A stretch of DNA of 51,931 nt, from positions 1-51,931 of the forward strand of contig JBBDRF010000018.1 in assembly GCA_040905565.1 (NCBI GenBank), written 5' to 3'. The notes beneath the pieces are model-generated. The model had not been told where the DNA came from and did no database searches. It saw only the letters and a list, made by a program, of their open reading frames with translations. Origin of the DNA: Phycisphaeraceae bacterium (GTDB taxonomy: Bacteria > Planctomycetota > Phycisphaerae > Phycisphaerales > Zrk34). Of the stretch, positions 17,893 to 28,169 are shown piece after piece (the first letter of the stretch is position 1; every line of letters starts with the position of its first letter). The position numbers and the translations under genes were made by a program.

Positions 17893-20800
17893 TCAGGTCG
17901 CGGGTTCGGGGGCGGGTTGGGGATCGCGGGTCCAGAGGCGGTGCCAGGCGTGGCGGACGTCTTCGAGGATCATGTAGAGGGTAGGGATGAGGATGAGTGT
18001 GATGGTGGTGGCGAAGAGGACGCCGAATGCGAGGCTGACGGCCATGGGGACGAGGAATTTTGCCTGGACGCTGGTTTCCAGGAGCATGGGCGTGAGGCCG
18101 AAGAATGTGGTGAGTGTGGTGAGGAGGATGGGCCGGAAGCGTCTGACGCCGCAATCGATGATGACGCGATGGAGGGGGACGCCGGCTTCGCGTTCCTTGT
18201 TGATCAGGTCGATCATGATGAGCGAGTCGTTGACGACGACGCCGGTGAGGGCGACGACGCCGAAGCCTGAGAGGAACGAGAGGTTGAGTCCCATGATGAC
18301 GTGGCCGAGGACGGCTCCGACGAGCCCGAAGGGGATGGCGGTCATGACGATGAGCGGTTGGACGTAGCTTCGGAACTGGACGCCGAGCAGTGCGAAGATG
18401 GCGAGGAGTGCGATGGCGAAGTTGGCGTAGAGGCTTCTGAGTGAGTCGGCCTGTTCGCGCTGTTCGCCTTCGAATGAGAAGTTGAGGCCGGGGTATTCAG
18501 CGAGGAGCGCGGGGAGGACATTCTGGCGGAGGTCGTTGTTGATCTGGGTGGCGTTGGCGACGGCGGCATCGACGTCGGCGGTGACGGAGACGATGCGTCG
18601 GCGATCGGCGCGGCTGATCTCGGCGAAGCCTCGGTCGATGGTGGTGCTGGCGACGGTGGCGAGGGGGACGTCGATGTTGCTTTGAGGCAGGCGGATGCGC
18701 ATGTTTTCGAGATCGGCGAGGCTTTGTCGCTGAGATTCGGGGTAGCGGACCATGACGCGCATGTCTTCGCGGCCGCGCTGGACGCGCTGGACTTCTTCGC
18801 CGTAGAACCCCTGGCGTACCTGCTGGGCGACATCGCGGAGGGTGAGACCGGCGGCGCGGCCGGCTTCGGTGAGCTGGAACTGGATTTCCGGTTTGCCGGC
18901 GACGAACGAATCGCTGATATCGCCGACGCCCTGGTACTCGTTGAGGACGTTCTTGAGATCTTCGACGGCGAGCAGGAGCGTGTCGAAATCGCGGTGGGTC
19001 ATTTCGACGTTGATCGGCTCGCCGAGCGTCATGATGGTGGTGGTAAATTCGAGCGAGGAGATGCCTGCGATGTCGCCGACCTCTTCGCGCCACATGGCGC
19101 CGAAGGTGGCGGAGGGGATACCGCGGGTGGCGCCGCTGATGAGTTCGGCGTTGACCTCTGCGAGGTGGGCCTGACCTCCGGCGGTGGCGCTGCGTCGGAC
19201 CTGGGCGGCGGCGTCGGCGAAGGGCTGTTCGCCGACGGTGCTGGAGACGTGGCGGACGACTGAGGGGGCGTCTTCAGGTTTGTCGGCGTCGACCTTTTGG
19301 CGGACGCGCTGGAGGGCGTCTTCAAGGCGTTTGACGACGCGGGCGGTTTGCTCGGCGGGGGTGCCCTGGGGCATTTCGAGTTGGGCGACGACGTTGTCGG
19401 CATCGACTTCGGGCATGAAGATGAACTTGATGTGCCCGCCTGCGACGTAGCCGCCGGTGATCATGAGAATGGCGACGGCGGCGGCGAGGGTGGCGTAGCG
19501 CCAGGCGACGGCACGGCGGACGAGGGCGACGTAGGGGCCGTGGACGAAGCGGTTGAGGCCGCTGCGGACGCGGGCCTGGAGGCGGGCGAGGGGGCCTGGT
19601 TTTTTCAGGTGCCAATCGCGGCCGGTGAGGTGGGCGGGGAGGATGATGAGCGCTTCGATGAGGGACATGAGCAGGACGAAGATGACGACGATGGGGATGT
19701 CGCGCATGATCTTGCCCATCTGCCCGGTGGTGAACAGCAGGGGCAGGAAGGCGACGACGGTGGTGAGGATGGCGAAGGTGACGGGTGCGGCCATTTCGCG
19801 GACGCCGACGATGGCGGCATCGATGGCGCCGAGGCCTTGTTCACGTTTTTCGAAGATGTTTTCGCCGACGACGATGGCGTCATCGACGACGATGCCGAGG
19901 ACGACGATGAAGGCGAACAGCGAGATCATGTTGATGGTGACATCGAAATACGGGAGCAGGAAGAAGGCGCCGAAGAATGAGATGGGGATGCCCATGGTGG
20001 TCCACAGGGCGAGGCGGAGATCAAGGAAGAGCGTGAGGCAGAGGAACACGAGCAGCAGGCCGATGTAGGCATTGCGGGTGAGCAGGTCGATGCGTTCCTG
20101 CAGGAAGATCGAGCGATCGGACCAGGTATCCATGGTGACGCCGACGGGGAGCATGTTGCGTTCGGCCTGGACATATTGCTTGACGGTGCCGGCGACGTCG
20201 AGTGAATCCTGCTCGCCGACGGCGAAGACGTTCAGCACGGCGGCGCGCTGGCCGTCGAAGTACATGGCGATGTCGGAATCTTCGAAGGTGTCGCGGATCT
20301 CGGCGACATCGCTGAGGCGGACGGCGGTGCCGTCGGGTCGGCTGAGCACGATGATGTCTTCGAACTCGCGGCCGATGTAGCGCTGGCCGGTGGTGCGGAG
20401 GAGGATCTCGCCGCCTTCGGTTTTGATGGCCCCGCCGGGCAGATCGACCGATGCGCCGGCGACGGCTTCGGCGACCTGCTCGAAGCTCATGTTGTAACGG
20501 CGTAGGGCGGCTTCGCTGGTTTCGATGGAGATTTCGTACTGCCGCATGCCGCCGACGTTGACGACGGAGATGTTGTCCTTGGCGGTGAGATCGTCGCGGG
20601 TGCGTTCGGCGAGGGTTTTGAGGGTGGCTTCGGGGACGTCGCCATGGATGACGAGGCTGAGGACCTGAATCTGGTTGGAGACCTCGGCGATGACGGGGCG
20701 TTCGGTCTCCTGCGGGAAGGTATCGATGCGGGCGACGGCGGATTCGACATCGTTGAGCACCTGGGTATTGCTGGCGTAATCTTCAAGCTCGACGGTGACG

Positions 20801-21108
20801 GTGCCCATGCCCTCGGCGGAGGTGGAGCGCAGCCGCTTGACGCCTTCGATGCCGGCGAGCGCTTCTTCGACGCGCATGACGACGCCCTCTTCGACCTCAG
20901 CGGGGGTCGCGCCGAGGTAGGGGACGTTGACGGTGATGCGGTCGGTATCGACTTCGGGGAAGACCTCCTGGGTCATGGTCCCCATGGCGAGCGCGCCGCC
21001 GCCGATGATCATGAGCATGAGGAGGTTGGCGGCGACGGTGTTCTGAGCGGCCCATGCGAGGAAGCCGGTTCGGCGCGCCAGATCGGGCTTGAGATCACTG
21101 TGCGACAT
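17893..21108 (-). CDS. RND efflux permease (AcrB/AcrD/AcrF family)
   Basis: GIVVDDAIVVGENI, GVVVNDS and RFRPILLTTLTT; AGGAGG SD before ATG 21108. Confidence 0.95.
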   Translation of the reverse strand: MSHSDLKPDLARRTGFLAWAAQNTVAANLLMLMIIGGGALAMGTMTQEVFPEVDTDRITVNVPYLGATPAEVEEGVVMRVEEALAGIEGVKRLRSTSAEGMGTVTVELEDYASNTQVLNDVESAVARIDTFPQETERPVIAEVSNQIQVLSLVIHGDVPEATLKTLAERTRDDLTAKDNISVVNVGGMRQYEISIETSEAALRRYNMSFEQVAEAVAGASVDLPGGAIKTEGGEILLRTTGQRYIGREFEDIIVLSRPDGTAVRLSDVAEIRDTFEDSDIAMYFDGQRAAVLNVFAVGEQDSLDVAGTVKQYVQAERNMLPVGVTMDTWSDRSIFLQERIDLLTRNAYIGLLLVFLCLTLFLDLRLALWTTMGIPISFFGAFFLLPYFDVTINMISLFAFIVVLGIVVDDAIVVGENIFEKREQGLGAIDAAIVGVREMAAPVTFAILTTVVAFLPLLFTTGQMGKIMRDIPIVVIFVLLMSLIEALIILPAHLTGRDWHLKKPGPLARLQARVRSGLNRFVHGPYVALVRRAVAWRYATLAAAVAILMITGGYVAGGHIKFIFMPEVDADNVVAQLEMPQGTPAEQTARVVKRLEDALQRVRQKVDADKPEDAPSVVRHVSSTVGEQPFADAAAQVRRSATAGGQAHLAEVNAELISGATRGIPSATFGAMWREEVGDIAGISSLEFTTTIMTLGEPINVEMTHRDFDTLLLAVEDLKNVLNEYQGVGDISDSFVAGKPEIQFQLTEAGRAAGLTLRDVAQQVRQGFYGEEVQRVQRGREDMRVMVRYPESQRQSLADLENMRIRLPQSNIDVPLATVASTTIDRGFAEISRADRRRIVSVTADVDAAVANATQINNDLRQNVLPALLAEYPGLNFSFEGEQREQADSLRSLYANFAIALLAIFALLGVQFRSYVQPLIVMTAIPFGLVGAVLGHVIMGLNLSFLSGFGVVALTGVVVNDSLIMIDLINKEREAGVPLHRVIIDCGVRRFRPILLTTLTTFFGLTPMLLETSVQAKFLVPMAVSLAFGVLFATTITLILIPTLYMILEDVRHAWHRLWTRDPQPAPEPAT

Positions 21109-22459
21109 CGGGTGCCTCCTGGTCGGCGGCGGGGGCGTCGGCCTCGTTGTCTGATGCGATGACGCGGACGCGCATGCCCTCGGTGACGGCACCGATAGGG
21201 CTGAGGATCACCTGTTCGCCCTGGCTTACGCCTTCGCTGATGAAGACGCGATCGCGCTCCCGCCGAACGACGACGACCTCACGGACCCGCAGCCGACCTT
21301 CGTCGTCGGCCACCCATACCCGGTTCTCGCCATGAATCGCGTACCGAGGAACGGCGATGACGCCTTCGAGGCCCCGGCCCTGCATGGCCACCTGGACGAA
21401 GGCACCCGGCATCAGCGGCACCGCACCGACCTCGACTTCCTCAAAGGGATTTTCGACGCGGACGACGACGCTGACCATGCGCGACTGGCGATCCATCTGA
21501 CCTTCGGTGCGGACGACTCGGCCGCGCCACTCGCAATAGCGCCCGAAGAACTCGCCGGTGACTTCGGCCATCACGACGGGCGTTGCCCCGCTGCCGTCGA
21601 TGCCTGCCGAGCCGAGCTGCGCACGCTGCGCGCCGTTATTTCTTGACATGGCCATCGGCATCTCCGCGAGCCAGCCGACCTCACGATCATCCAGCGGGAC
21701 GGCGATTTCGACGGCCTCGGTGCCGTACACCCGCCCCAGCGATTGGCCTGCCGTCACGAACTGCCCGACGCTGACTTGCTCTTCGACGACGACGGCATCG
21801 AACGGCAGCGTGATGCTGGTACGGCGAAGATCCACCTCCGCCCGCTGCATCGCGACACGTGCTGCCGAGGCCTGCGACTGGGCCGTGCTGAGCGACGACC
21901 GCGCCTGACGAAGACCAGCCTCGGCGAGATCCACCGCAAGCTGGGCACGCTCAACATCACGCTCGTTGGCGGCGTTCCGCTGAAGCAGTTGCGTCGTCCG
22001 CTGCAGCTCCCGCTCGGCATCGGCAAGGGTGGCCTGGGCCTCGGCGATCTGAGCCTCGGCGGTTTCCTCAGCTGCCTGGGCAGCGGCGAGATCGGTGGCG
22101 GCCCGGTCCAGCGCCAGCTGATAATCCTCAGCCTCGATCTCGATGATCGTTTCGCCGGCTTCGACGAATCCGCCCGCAGCCAGCTGATCGTGCACCGCCA
22201 CCACCCGCCCGCCGACCTGCGGGACCAGCGCAGCCTGCACGCGCGGCTCGACGGTGCCGTGACCGTTGACGACGACGGCGACATCTTCACGCTGCGCGGT
22301 CATCGTCTCAACGAGGGGGCCGACGGCTTCACGGTCGCTGCGCTCCGGCGCGTCGCGCGTGGTGTAGAGCAACCACCCCGCTGCGACGCCGACCGCCACG
22401 AGCAGCAGCACGACCAGGATCTGAAGGGCGATCTGCATGTATCTGTTCCGAGTGGCCAT
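21095..22459 (-). CDS. RND periplasmic adaptor (membrane fusion protein)
   Basis: N-terminal TM, lipoyl-like halves (PQVGGRV; ITLPFD..GQFV) flanking a coiled coil; overlaps the RND gene. Confidence 0.93.
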   Translation of the reverse strand: MATRNRYMQIALQILVVLLLVAVGVAAGWLLYTTRDAPERSDREAVGPLVETMTAQREDVAVVVNGHGTVEPRVQAALVPQVGGRVVAVHDQLAAGGFVEAGETIIEIEAEDYQLALDRAATDLAAAQAAEETAEAQIAEAQATLADAERELQRTTQLLQRNAANERDVERAQLAVDLAEAGLRQARSSLSTAQSQASAARVAMQRAEVDLRRTSITLPFDAVVVEEQVSVGQFVTAGQSLGRVYGTEAVEIAVPLDDREVGWLAEMPMAMSRNNGAQRAQLGSAGIDGSGATPVVMAEVTGEFFGRYCEWRGRVVRTEGQMDRQSRMVSVVVRVENPFEEVEVGAVPLMPGAFVQVAMQGRGLEGVIAVPRYAIHGENRVWVADDEGRLRVREVVVVRRERDRVFISEGVSQGEQVILSPIGAVTEGMRVRVIASDNEADAPAADQEAPDVAQ

Positions 22460-23164
22460 TTATCCAATCCTGCGCTTTCTGCCTCGGGTCGCCCCGCGAT
22501 GTTTCTCATTTGCCCGGTGCACAATGCCCCCTTCGCTGAAGCGGACCACGTGTTCGATGACGCGGTCGGTGTCCATCATGACGGCTGCGGGCCCGGTCGC
22601 TTTGCCGCCGAACAGCCGCTCGGCCTGAACGGCGTGCAGCAGTTGGGCGACCAGCGAATGGACGCAGAGGACCGCCTGTTGCTGTGTGAGCCCTTTGACG
22701 CATCGCGTGAGGGCGTCGCACATCATTATCTGCACGGGATCGAAAAGCTTTTCGACGAGCATGCGTCGGTCGAGCCTAGGGTCGGTCATCTCCCGCATGA
22801 ACATGCCCATGACCCATCGGCCCCGCTGGGGATCGGTGAGCGGCCTGATGAAGGCGCGGGCGAATGCTTCGAGTACCTGCGCAACGTTCTGCTCGCGCTC
22901 GGCTTGGGGGAGGACGGCCGCGACGGCGGCGGTGCGCTGCTCGCGCAGCTCATCGAGCCTGGTGGAGAAAAGCTCCTGGTACAGCCGCTCCTTAGAGCCG
23001 AAGTGATAGTTCACCGCAGCGACGTTGCAGCCGGCGGCTTTGGTGATATCCCGGACGGAGGTGCCGGCAAAGCCATGCTCTGCGAACAGCCGCTCCGCCG
23101 CTTCAAGAAGCCGCCGGGGTGTCGTATCTTCTCCACTCACCTGCTTATGATCGTCCAATCGCAT
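22460..23164 (-). CDS. TetR-family regulator (CerR/YbiH-like)
   Basis: LLEAAERLFAEHGF...VNYHFGSKERLY HTH; GGAG SD before ATG 23164 (start uncertain). Confidence 0.9.
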   Translation of the reverse strand: MRLDDHKQVSGEDTTPRRLLEAAERLFAEHGFAGTSVRDITKAAGCNVAAVNYHFGSKERLYQELFSTRLDELREQRTAAVAAVLPQAEREQNVAQVLEAFARAFIRPLTDPQRGRWVMGMFMREMTDPRLDRRMLVEKLFDPVQIMMCDALTRCVKGLTQQQAVLCVHSLVAQLLHAVQAERLFGGKATGPAAVMMDTDRVIEHVVRFSEGGIVHRANEKHRGATRGRKRRIG

Positions 23165-23206
23165 GCGCAACTCCAGAGGCGTTCGGCGCCCATGAACAAT
23201 CATATG

Positions 23207-23222
23207 AAACAAACGTTTGTTT
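23207..23222. promoter_or_regulatory. Candidate TetR operator
   Basis: Perfect 16-bp palindrome AAACAAACGTTTGTTT next to a minus-strand TATGAT -10 box (23199-23204). Confidence 0.7.
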
Positions 23223-23247
23223 TCCAGGGTGGCGCGGATTTTTCTGG

Positions 23248-23892
23248 TCAGACTTCCGAGACGCTCAGCATGGCGAAGCGTTGGGCGAAGACGGAGGCGA
23301 AGCTGAAGGCGGCGACCTGCCAGAACCAGACGCTGGTGATGAGGAAGCCGACGCCGAAGGCGAGCAGGCCGGCGAAGGAGACGAGCATGGCGGTGAGTGC
23401 GATGAGCCAGGCTTTCCAGTAGAGCCAGCCACCTTGCGCAACACGGCGAAGGGCGCGAAACGGGTTAAAGATCTCGCTTGGGTCCAGCGTGTAGCTGTAG
23501 TGCGTCATGTATCCGGGCACAGCGATGGCTGCGAGTGCCCAGAGGGCGAGGGCCGGGACGATCAGCCTGGGCGACGGGTTTTGCCAGGCGAAGTAGCCGA
23601 AGACGATGGCGGGAGAGTGGTAGAGGATCATGCCCAGGAACGTGAGCACGCCGTGCTTGAAGAGGGAGGGGTAGTTGTGCCATGCGGGCCAGGCCGGTTC
23701 GCCATGGAGCAGGTTGTGCGTGATCGCGATGCGGTGGCCCATGTTCAGAAGCCAGCCGAGGCCAGGCACCAGCAGCCAGAGGGCACCGATGAGCAGGTCC
23801 TTCCGCGAGGCGGACGACTGAAGTGGGAACGCGAAGGCCGCTCGGAAGGTGGTCGGGCAAGTGAAATCGATGTTGCTCGTGCGATACCCCAT
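23248..23892 (-). CDS. Integral membrane protein (DUF4013-like)
   Basis: About four TM helices; AFAFP..., WPAW...LFKHG pattern; start ATG 23892 (the longer ORF runs through a REP). Confidence 0.65.
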   Translation of the reverse strand: MGYRTSNIDFTCPTTFRAAFAFPLQSSASRKDLLIGALWLLVPGLGWLLNMGHRIAITHNLLHGEPAWPAWHNYPSLFKHGVLTFLGMILYHSPAIVFGYFAWQNPSPRLIVPALALWALAAIAVPGYMTHYSYTLDPSEIFNPFRALRRVAQGGWLYWKAWLIALTAMLVSFAGLLAFGVGFLITSVWFWQVAAFSFASVFAQRFAMLSVSEV

Positions 23893-23968
23893 GCAAGCGA
23901 TGATATCGCATTGGCGGGTGATGATGGGCGGGCGGAGGTATTCAAGCGACGGGTCCATCCCGCCAGGT

Positions 23969-24126
23969 AACGAGCCGCGACCGTCAGGGAGCGGGCCGGT
24001 GTCGGGCCTTCGCCCATCGCTGCAATACTGCTGAACGTGAAACGCACGGCATCTTACGAAGGGTGTATTGCTACGCGCTCCGAGACCCAAGGCACAACCG
24101 CTCCCTTACGGTCGCGGCTCGTTGTC
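23969..24126. repeat. Family-A REP doublet (REPIN-like)
   Basis: AACGAGCCGCGACCGTCAGGGAGCGG ... CACAACCGCTCCCTTACGGTCGCGGCTCGTTGTC in inverted orientation. Confidence 0.85.
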
Positions 24127-24134
24127 GGCGATGT

Positions 24135-25001
24135 TTAGCGCAGTTTTTGGTCGCGGAGGGCTTGTTCGATTCTGGGCAGGTAGAGTTCGGAGAGTTCGCA
24201 GAGGGGCAAGCGCATTTCGCCGGTGTCCATGCCCATCAGTCGCATGGCGGTTTTGAGGGGGATGGGGTTGGTCTCGACGAACATCGCTTTGAAGAGCGGG
24301 AACAGCTTGAGGTGGTGCTTACGGGCCTCGGCGAAGTCGCCTTCGAGGGCGAGGTGACACATGCGGGCGATCTGGTCGGGGATGATGTTGCTGACGACGC
24401 TGATGACGCCCTTGCCGCCGAGGCTCATGATGGGGAGCGTGAGCGAATCGTCGCCGGAGAGGATGTCCAGATCGCAGCCGGCGGCGATTTCGCTGGTCAT
24501 ATCCATGATGCCGGTCGCTTCTTTGACGGCGACGATGTTGGGATGCTCAGCAAGGCGAATGATGGTCTGTGCGGAGAGTGCGACGGCGGAGCGGCCGGGG
24601 ATGTTGTAGAGCACCAGCGGCAGATCGACCTGCTCGGCGATGGTCATGAAGTGGCCGTAGAGCCCTTCCTGCGTGGGCTTGTTGTAGTAGGGGACGACTT
24701 GGAGGGAGGCGGTGGCGCCGGCCTGGGCGGCGTGGCGTGTCATGCCGAGCGCTTCGCTGGTGGAGTTGGAGCCAGTGCCGGCGATGACGGGGACTTTGCC
24801 GTCGGCTGCTTCGATGACCACGGCGACGACGCGGTTGTGCTCAGCATGACTGAGGGTGGGCGATTCGCCGGTGGTGCCGACGGGCACGAGGCCGTCGACG
24901 CCGCTGTCGAGCTGGAAGGCGACTTGTTTGCGCAGACGATCTTCATCCAGCTTGCCGTCGCGAAGGGGAGTCACCAACGCTGTATATGCGCCTTCGAACA
25001 T
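24135..25001 (-). CDS. dapA: 4-hydroxy-tetrahydrodipicolinate synthase
   Basis: MFEGAYTALVTP, GTTGESPTL, PYYNKP, LYNIPGR, VKEA and SGDD motifs. Confidence 0.97.
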   Translation of the reverse strand: MFEGAYTALVTPLRDGKLDEDRLRKQVAFQLDSGVDGLVPVGTTGESPTLSHAEHNRVVAVVIEAADGKVPVIAGTGSNSTSEALGMTRHAAQAGATASLQVVPYYNKPTQEGLYGHFMTIAEQVDLPLVLYNIPGRSAVALSAQTIIRLAEHPNIVAVKEATGIMDMTSEIAAGCDLDILSGDDSLTLPIMSLGGKGVISVVSNIIPDQIARMCHLALEGDFAEARKHHLKLFPLFKAMFVETNPIPLKTAMRLMGMDTGEMRLPLCELSELYLPRIEQALRDQKLR

Positions 25002-25140
25002 CGTGGCACCTGTAGAGTGAACATTGCGGAAGAAAAAGGAAAACCGGCGGTAAAATAGCCAGAATCGGGTTTGTATGCAACCGCTGAGGCTTTCCACAAA
25101 ACACGCATGCCGGGGGCGACCTGCTAAAGTGTCGGGTGAT

Positions 25141-26049
25141 ATGAAGGCACCGCAGCACAAGTATCTCCGGGTGGAAGACCTGCGTCGGCTTAAGCATCTG
25201 CTGTTTGCGAGTCGGCGGCCGGTGCAGGGGCGGTTCGCGGGTCGGCACGCTTCGCCGCAGCGCGGGCAGAGCTTGGAGTTCATCGACTACCGCAGTTACA
25301 TGCCCGGCGACGAGGTGGGCGATATCGACTGGAAGGTGTTCGGCCGAACGGACAAGCTGTTCGTGAAACGCTTTGAGCATACAACGAATATGACCTGCCA
25401 TCTGCTGGTTGATGCGTCGGCTTCGATGGGCTTTGCGGGACTCGAAGAGCGAGGCGACACGAAGTACGACCACGCGTGTCGGCTGGCGGCGGCGGTGGCG
25501 TTTCTGGTGACGCAGCAACAGGACGCGGTTTCTTTGGCGATCGCGCAGGAGGGGCTGGCGGAGGTGCATCGGCCGGGGCAGGCGTATCGGCATCTGCTGG
25601 GGATGCTGGAAGCGCTGGAGAAAACGCAGCCGGGCGGCGAGGCGAAGCTGGCGGAGGCGATCATGCAGCGGATCACGCAGCTGCCGCGCCGCGGGCTGCT
25701 GGTGGTGGTGAGCGATCTACTTGCACCCCCCGAACCGATCCTTGCTGCGATGGGGCAGTTCGTAGCGCGGGGCGGGGAGGCGAGCGTGTTTCATGTGCTG
25801 CACGATGAAGAACTTCACCTGCCGGAGCATGAGAACGTGCTGCTGGTTGATAGCGAAACGCAGCAGGAGTTGCCGGTGCACTTCGGCGATGTCCGCAAGG
25901 CTTATCAGCATCGCATGAAAACGCTTCTGGATACCTGGAAGGCAGGGTGTACTGCGAGGCGGATCGACTATCATCTCGCGCCGAGCTCGCAGGACTATAT
26001 CCGGGTGCTGGAGCAGTATCTGCTGAGCCGGGCTGCGGTGCGTGGATGA
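25141..26049 (+). CDS. DUF58 vWA-like protein (MoxR-associated)
   Basis: GRHASPQRGQSLEFIDYRSYMPGD, IDWK, and MIDAS-like DASASM; ATG 25141. Confidence 0.92.
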   Translation: MKAPQHKYLRVEDLRRLKHLLFASRRPVQGRFAGRHASPQRGQSLEFIDYRSYMPGDEVGDIDWKVFGRTDKLFVKRFEHTTNMTCHLLVDASASMGFAGLEERGDTKYDHACRLAAAVAFLVTQQQDAVSLAIAQEGLAEVHRPGQAYRHLLGMLEALEKTQPGGEAKLAEAIMQRITQLPRRGLLVVVSDLLAPPEPILAAMGQFVARGGEASVFHVLHDEELHLPEHENVLLVDSETQQELPVHFGDVRKAYQHRMKTLLDTWKAGCTARRIDYHLAPSSQDYIRVLEQYLLSRAAVRG

Positions 26050-26105
26050 ACTGCCCGGGGCGGTTGGCCGTAGGGTTAGTGCCGCTTTGATTGTTGTGAG
26101 GATTG

Positions 26106-28166
26106 ATGCCGACCACGCTCGCTGCCATTTCGCTGACTGCACCATTGATGCTGCTTGCCACGGCTGCGGTGGCGTTGCCGATCGCGGCTCATCTGCTGAA
26201 TCGGCGTACGCGGCAGCGGGTAGTTTTTCCGACGGTGGCGCTGCTGGCGGAGGCGGCGGCGGGACAGTCGCGACTGTTCCGGATGCGAAGGCTGATTCTG
26301 CTGGCTTTGCGATGCCTGGCGATCGTGCTGATCGCTTATGCGTTCGCCCGGCCGATGTGGGTGAGTACGCCCGCCGGTGCGGAGGAGCTCGGCGAAGGGC
26401 AGGCGGTGGTGCTGGTGGTGGATGTGAGTGCTTCGTCGCAGCGGCGGGGGCAAGGCGTGAACCTGTTCCCGCGTGTGCAGGCAGCGGCGCTGGGGGTGCT
26501 GGATGAGGTGCAGCCGGGGCGGGATGTGGCGAACCTGGTCATCGCCGACGCCCAGCCGACCGCTGCGTTCGCGGAGCTTGTCCCGAACCCTGAATCGCTG
26601 CGCGACGATGTGCAACAGCTTCAGCCGACCGCCGACCGGGCGGACCTTCCCGCAGCGGTGAGCCTGGCGGCAAGCATCTTGCGTGAAGCAACGGGCCGCC
26701 GGCGCATCGTGATCGTTTCGGATATGCAGGGGACGAACTGGGAAGATGTGAGCGCGGCCACGCTTTCGCCCGGGAGTGCGGAACGGCCGATTGAGGTGAT
26801 CGTGGTGCCGGTTGAGCAGACGGAGCTGGGTAATGTGGGGCTGGCGGGGCCGCGGGTGCAGCCGGCGCAGCCGATTGGGAATCGGCCGGTCGATCTCAGT
26901 GTTGAAGTGGTGAACTACTCGGCTGACGAACGAAGCACGACGGTGCGGTTGGATGTTGACGGACGCGAACGGCAACGCGAAACGGTAACGCTTGAACCGT
27001 GGCAGAGCCGACGTGTGAGTTTCCCCGCGACGACGCTGGGCTCGGAGGACGATGGCGACGAAGCAGCGGCTGGGCGGGAACATCATCGGGTGACTTTCAG
27101 CATCGGCGACGACGCTTTGCTGATCGACAACCGCGCGTACCTGGCGGTGGGCAGGGCTGGGCAGCTGAGTCTGGCGTTGGTGACGGATGTTGATACGGAG
27201 GATACGGATGCGGAGCCTTACTATCTGCTGCGGGCCGTTTCGCCGCACGGCGATGAGCGGGATGATCTTCGGGTGACGCTGTTGCGTTCGGAGGAACTTG
27301 CCGAGGCGGATCTTGCGGTCCATGACATGGTGGTGCTCAGCGATGCTGCCCCGCTTGCTGAGGCCGACCGCGCCGCGCTGCACCGCTTTGTGGAAAGCGG
27401 CGGCGGGCTGGTGGCGACCATTGCTGGGGTGGGTGCGATCGATCGGTTTGCGTCACTGGGTGAGCTTTCGCCATGGCAGCTGGGGGGGGCACTAGCTAGC
27501 GATGGGTCGCTTCATTTTGATGATGGGGCGTGGACGGGTGACGTGTTGCGTGTGTTCGATCTGCGCGGCCGGGATGCGCTGAGCCGGGTTGGCTTTCGGC
27601 GTGCGTTCGGCATTGAGGAGCAGGCGGACTCTGCGGACGTTTTGGTTCGGTTCGATGACGGCACGCCGGCGCTGGCGCGGATGGATGTCGGCGACGGTCG
27701 CGTGGTTGCAGCGAACTTTTCAGCCGCACCGTCGGCGGGCGACCTCGCGGCACGCGGCATCTTCGTGCCACTGGTCCACATCCTTCTAGAATCCGCCCGC
27801 CCCACCACCACCCCCACCATGGCGGCAGGTGTTGGTGCTCATCTTGACGGCAAACTGCGTGATCCCGAGGGGCAGCCGGTGCGTGGTCGTGCGACGCAGC
27901 CGGGGTTCTATACGCTGGAACGTGATGGGGAACCGGACGAGGTGCTGGCGGTGAATGTGGATGCGCGTGAGAGCGATCTTCGACGAGTTTCGCAGGATGA
28001 TCTGCAGCGGAGGCTGACCGAAGCGACCGGCTCGCGCGTGCATCAATCGGCGGACGGGACGGAGGCGATGCACCTGACCGGGCGGCCGTTGTGGCCTTAC
28101 TTTGTGCTGGCGGCCTTGGCGATGCTGGCGCTGGAGCTGGCGATGCTGGCGAAGTGGAGGCGGTAA
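26106..28166 (+). CDS. BatA-domain / vWA membrane protein with Ig-like and GATase-like regions
   Basis: LPIAAHLLNRR..VVFPT..LLALR..FARP (BatA N-terminus), DVSASS, VSDMQ, AVN..RESDL and C-terminal TM. Confidence 0.88.
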   Translation: MPTTLAAISLTAPLMLLATAAVALPIAAHLLNRRTRQRVVFPTVALLAEAAAGQSRLFRMRRLILLALRCLAIVLIAYAFARPMWVSTPAGAEELGEGQAVVLVVDVSASSQRRGQGVNLFPRVQAAALGVLDEVQPGRDVANLVIADAQPTAAFAELVPNPESLRDDVQQLQPTADRADLPAAVSLAASILREATGRRRIVIVSDMQGTNWEDVSAATLSPGSAERPIEVIVVPVEQTELGNVGLAGPRVQPAQPIGNRPVDLSVEVVNYSADERSTTVRLDVDGRERQRETVTLEPWQSRRVSFPATTLGSEDDGDEAAAGREHHRVTFSIGDDALLIDNRAYLAVGRAGQLSLALVTDVDTEDTDAEPYYLLRAVSPHGDERDDLRVTLLRSEELAEADLAVHDMVVLSDAAPLAEADRAALHRFVESGGGLVATIAGVGAIDRFASLGELSPWQLGGALASDGSLHFDDGAWTGDVLRVFDLRGRDALSRVGFRRAFGIEEQADSADVLVRFDDGTPALARMDVGDGRVVAANFSAAPSAGDLAARGIFVPLVHILLESARPTTTPTMAAGVGAHLDGKLRDPEGQPVRGRATQPGFYTLERDGEPDEVLAVNVDARESDLRRVSQDDLQRRLTEATGSRVHQSADGTEAMHLTGRPLWPYFVLAALAMLALELAMLAKWRR

Positions 28167-28169
28167 GAG

